Assembly (NCBI GenBank): GCA_963811315.1
Contig: CAWERH010000002.1
Location: 247 to 64,246, forward strand
Reading direction: 5' to 3'
Length of the DNA: 64,000 nucleotides
Source of the DNA: an uncultured delta proteobacterium
GTDB taxonomy: Bacteria; Desulfobacterota; Binatia; UBA9968
Below the pieces are notes generated by a model. The model was not told the origin of the DNA and did no database searches. It worked only from the letters and a program-made list of their open reading frames with translations. Both the position numbers and the translations under genes were made by a program. Shown piece after piece: positions 63,959 to 64,000 of this stretch. Every line of letters begins with the position of its first letter. The stretch's first letter is position 1.

Positions 63959-64000
63959 TCGCATGACGGAGTAAGTAGAGCAGGTTGAACTGGGACATTT

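Overview
Bacterial chromosomal segment, GC-rich in the core genes. Gene content suggests Candidatus Binatota or a deltaproteobacterial relative (inference from several stand-alone NMT1/THI5-like solute-binding proteins, a Rieske oxygenase fragment and the pgpA-cinA-thpR-recA-recX-alaS order). Many genes, including housekeeping ones (radA, bioF, nuoA, recX, larC), are split by single-base indels, which points to long-read consensus errors rather than pseudogenes. Layout: (1) 0-10.6 kb accessory region: desaturase, SBP, then a ~5 kb segment bracketed by a ~127 bp direct repeat. The segment carries a ~1270-codon nuclease-like/STAND ATPase gene (candidate anti-phage), a RAYT-like transposase relic and a truncated aldolase. 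(2) radA, bioFAD, SBP/MFS/larC/hydrolase/SBP. (3) An 11-subunit complex I-like operon (nuoABCDHIJKLMN, no nuoEFG), then E1 alpha/beta, a histidine kinase, GST, cytochrome c, groES-groEL and htrA. (4) A minus-strand run from phoH to pgpA, an M23 peptidase, VWA/BatA/DUF58, queC, a probable exported selenocysteine rhodanese (LY-U-ACPHH, whose C-terminal part the ORF track misses), VKOR-thioredoxin and SCO. (5) A LysR regulator divergent from a large secreted IPT/TIG + YD-repeat surface protein. No tRNA, rRNA or CRISPR array was recognised.
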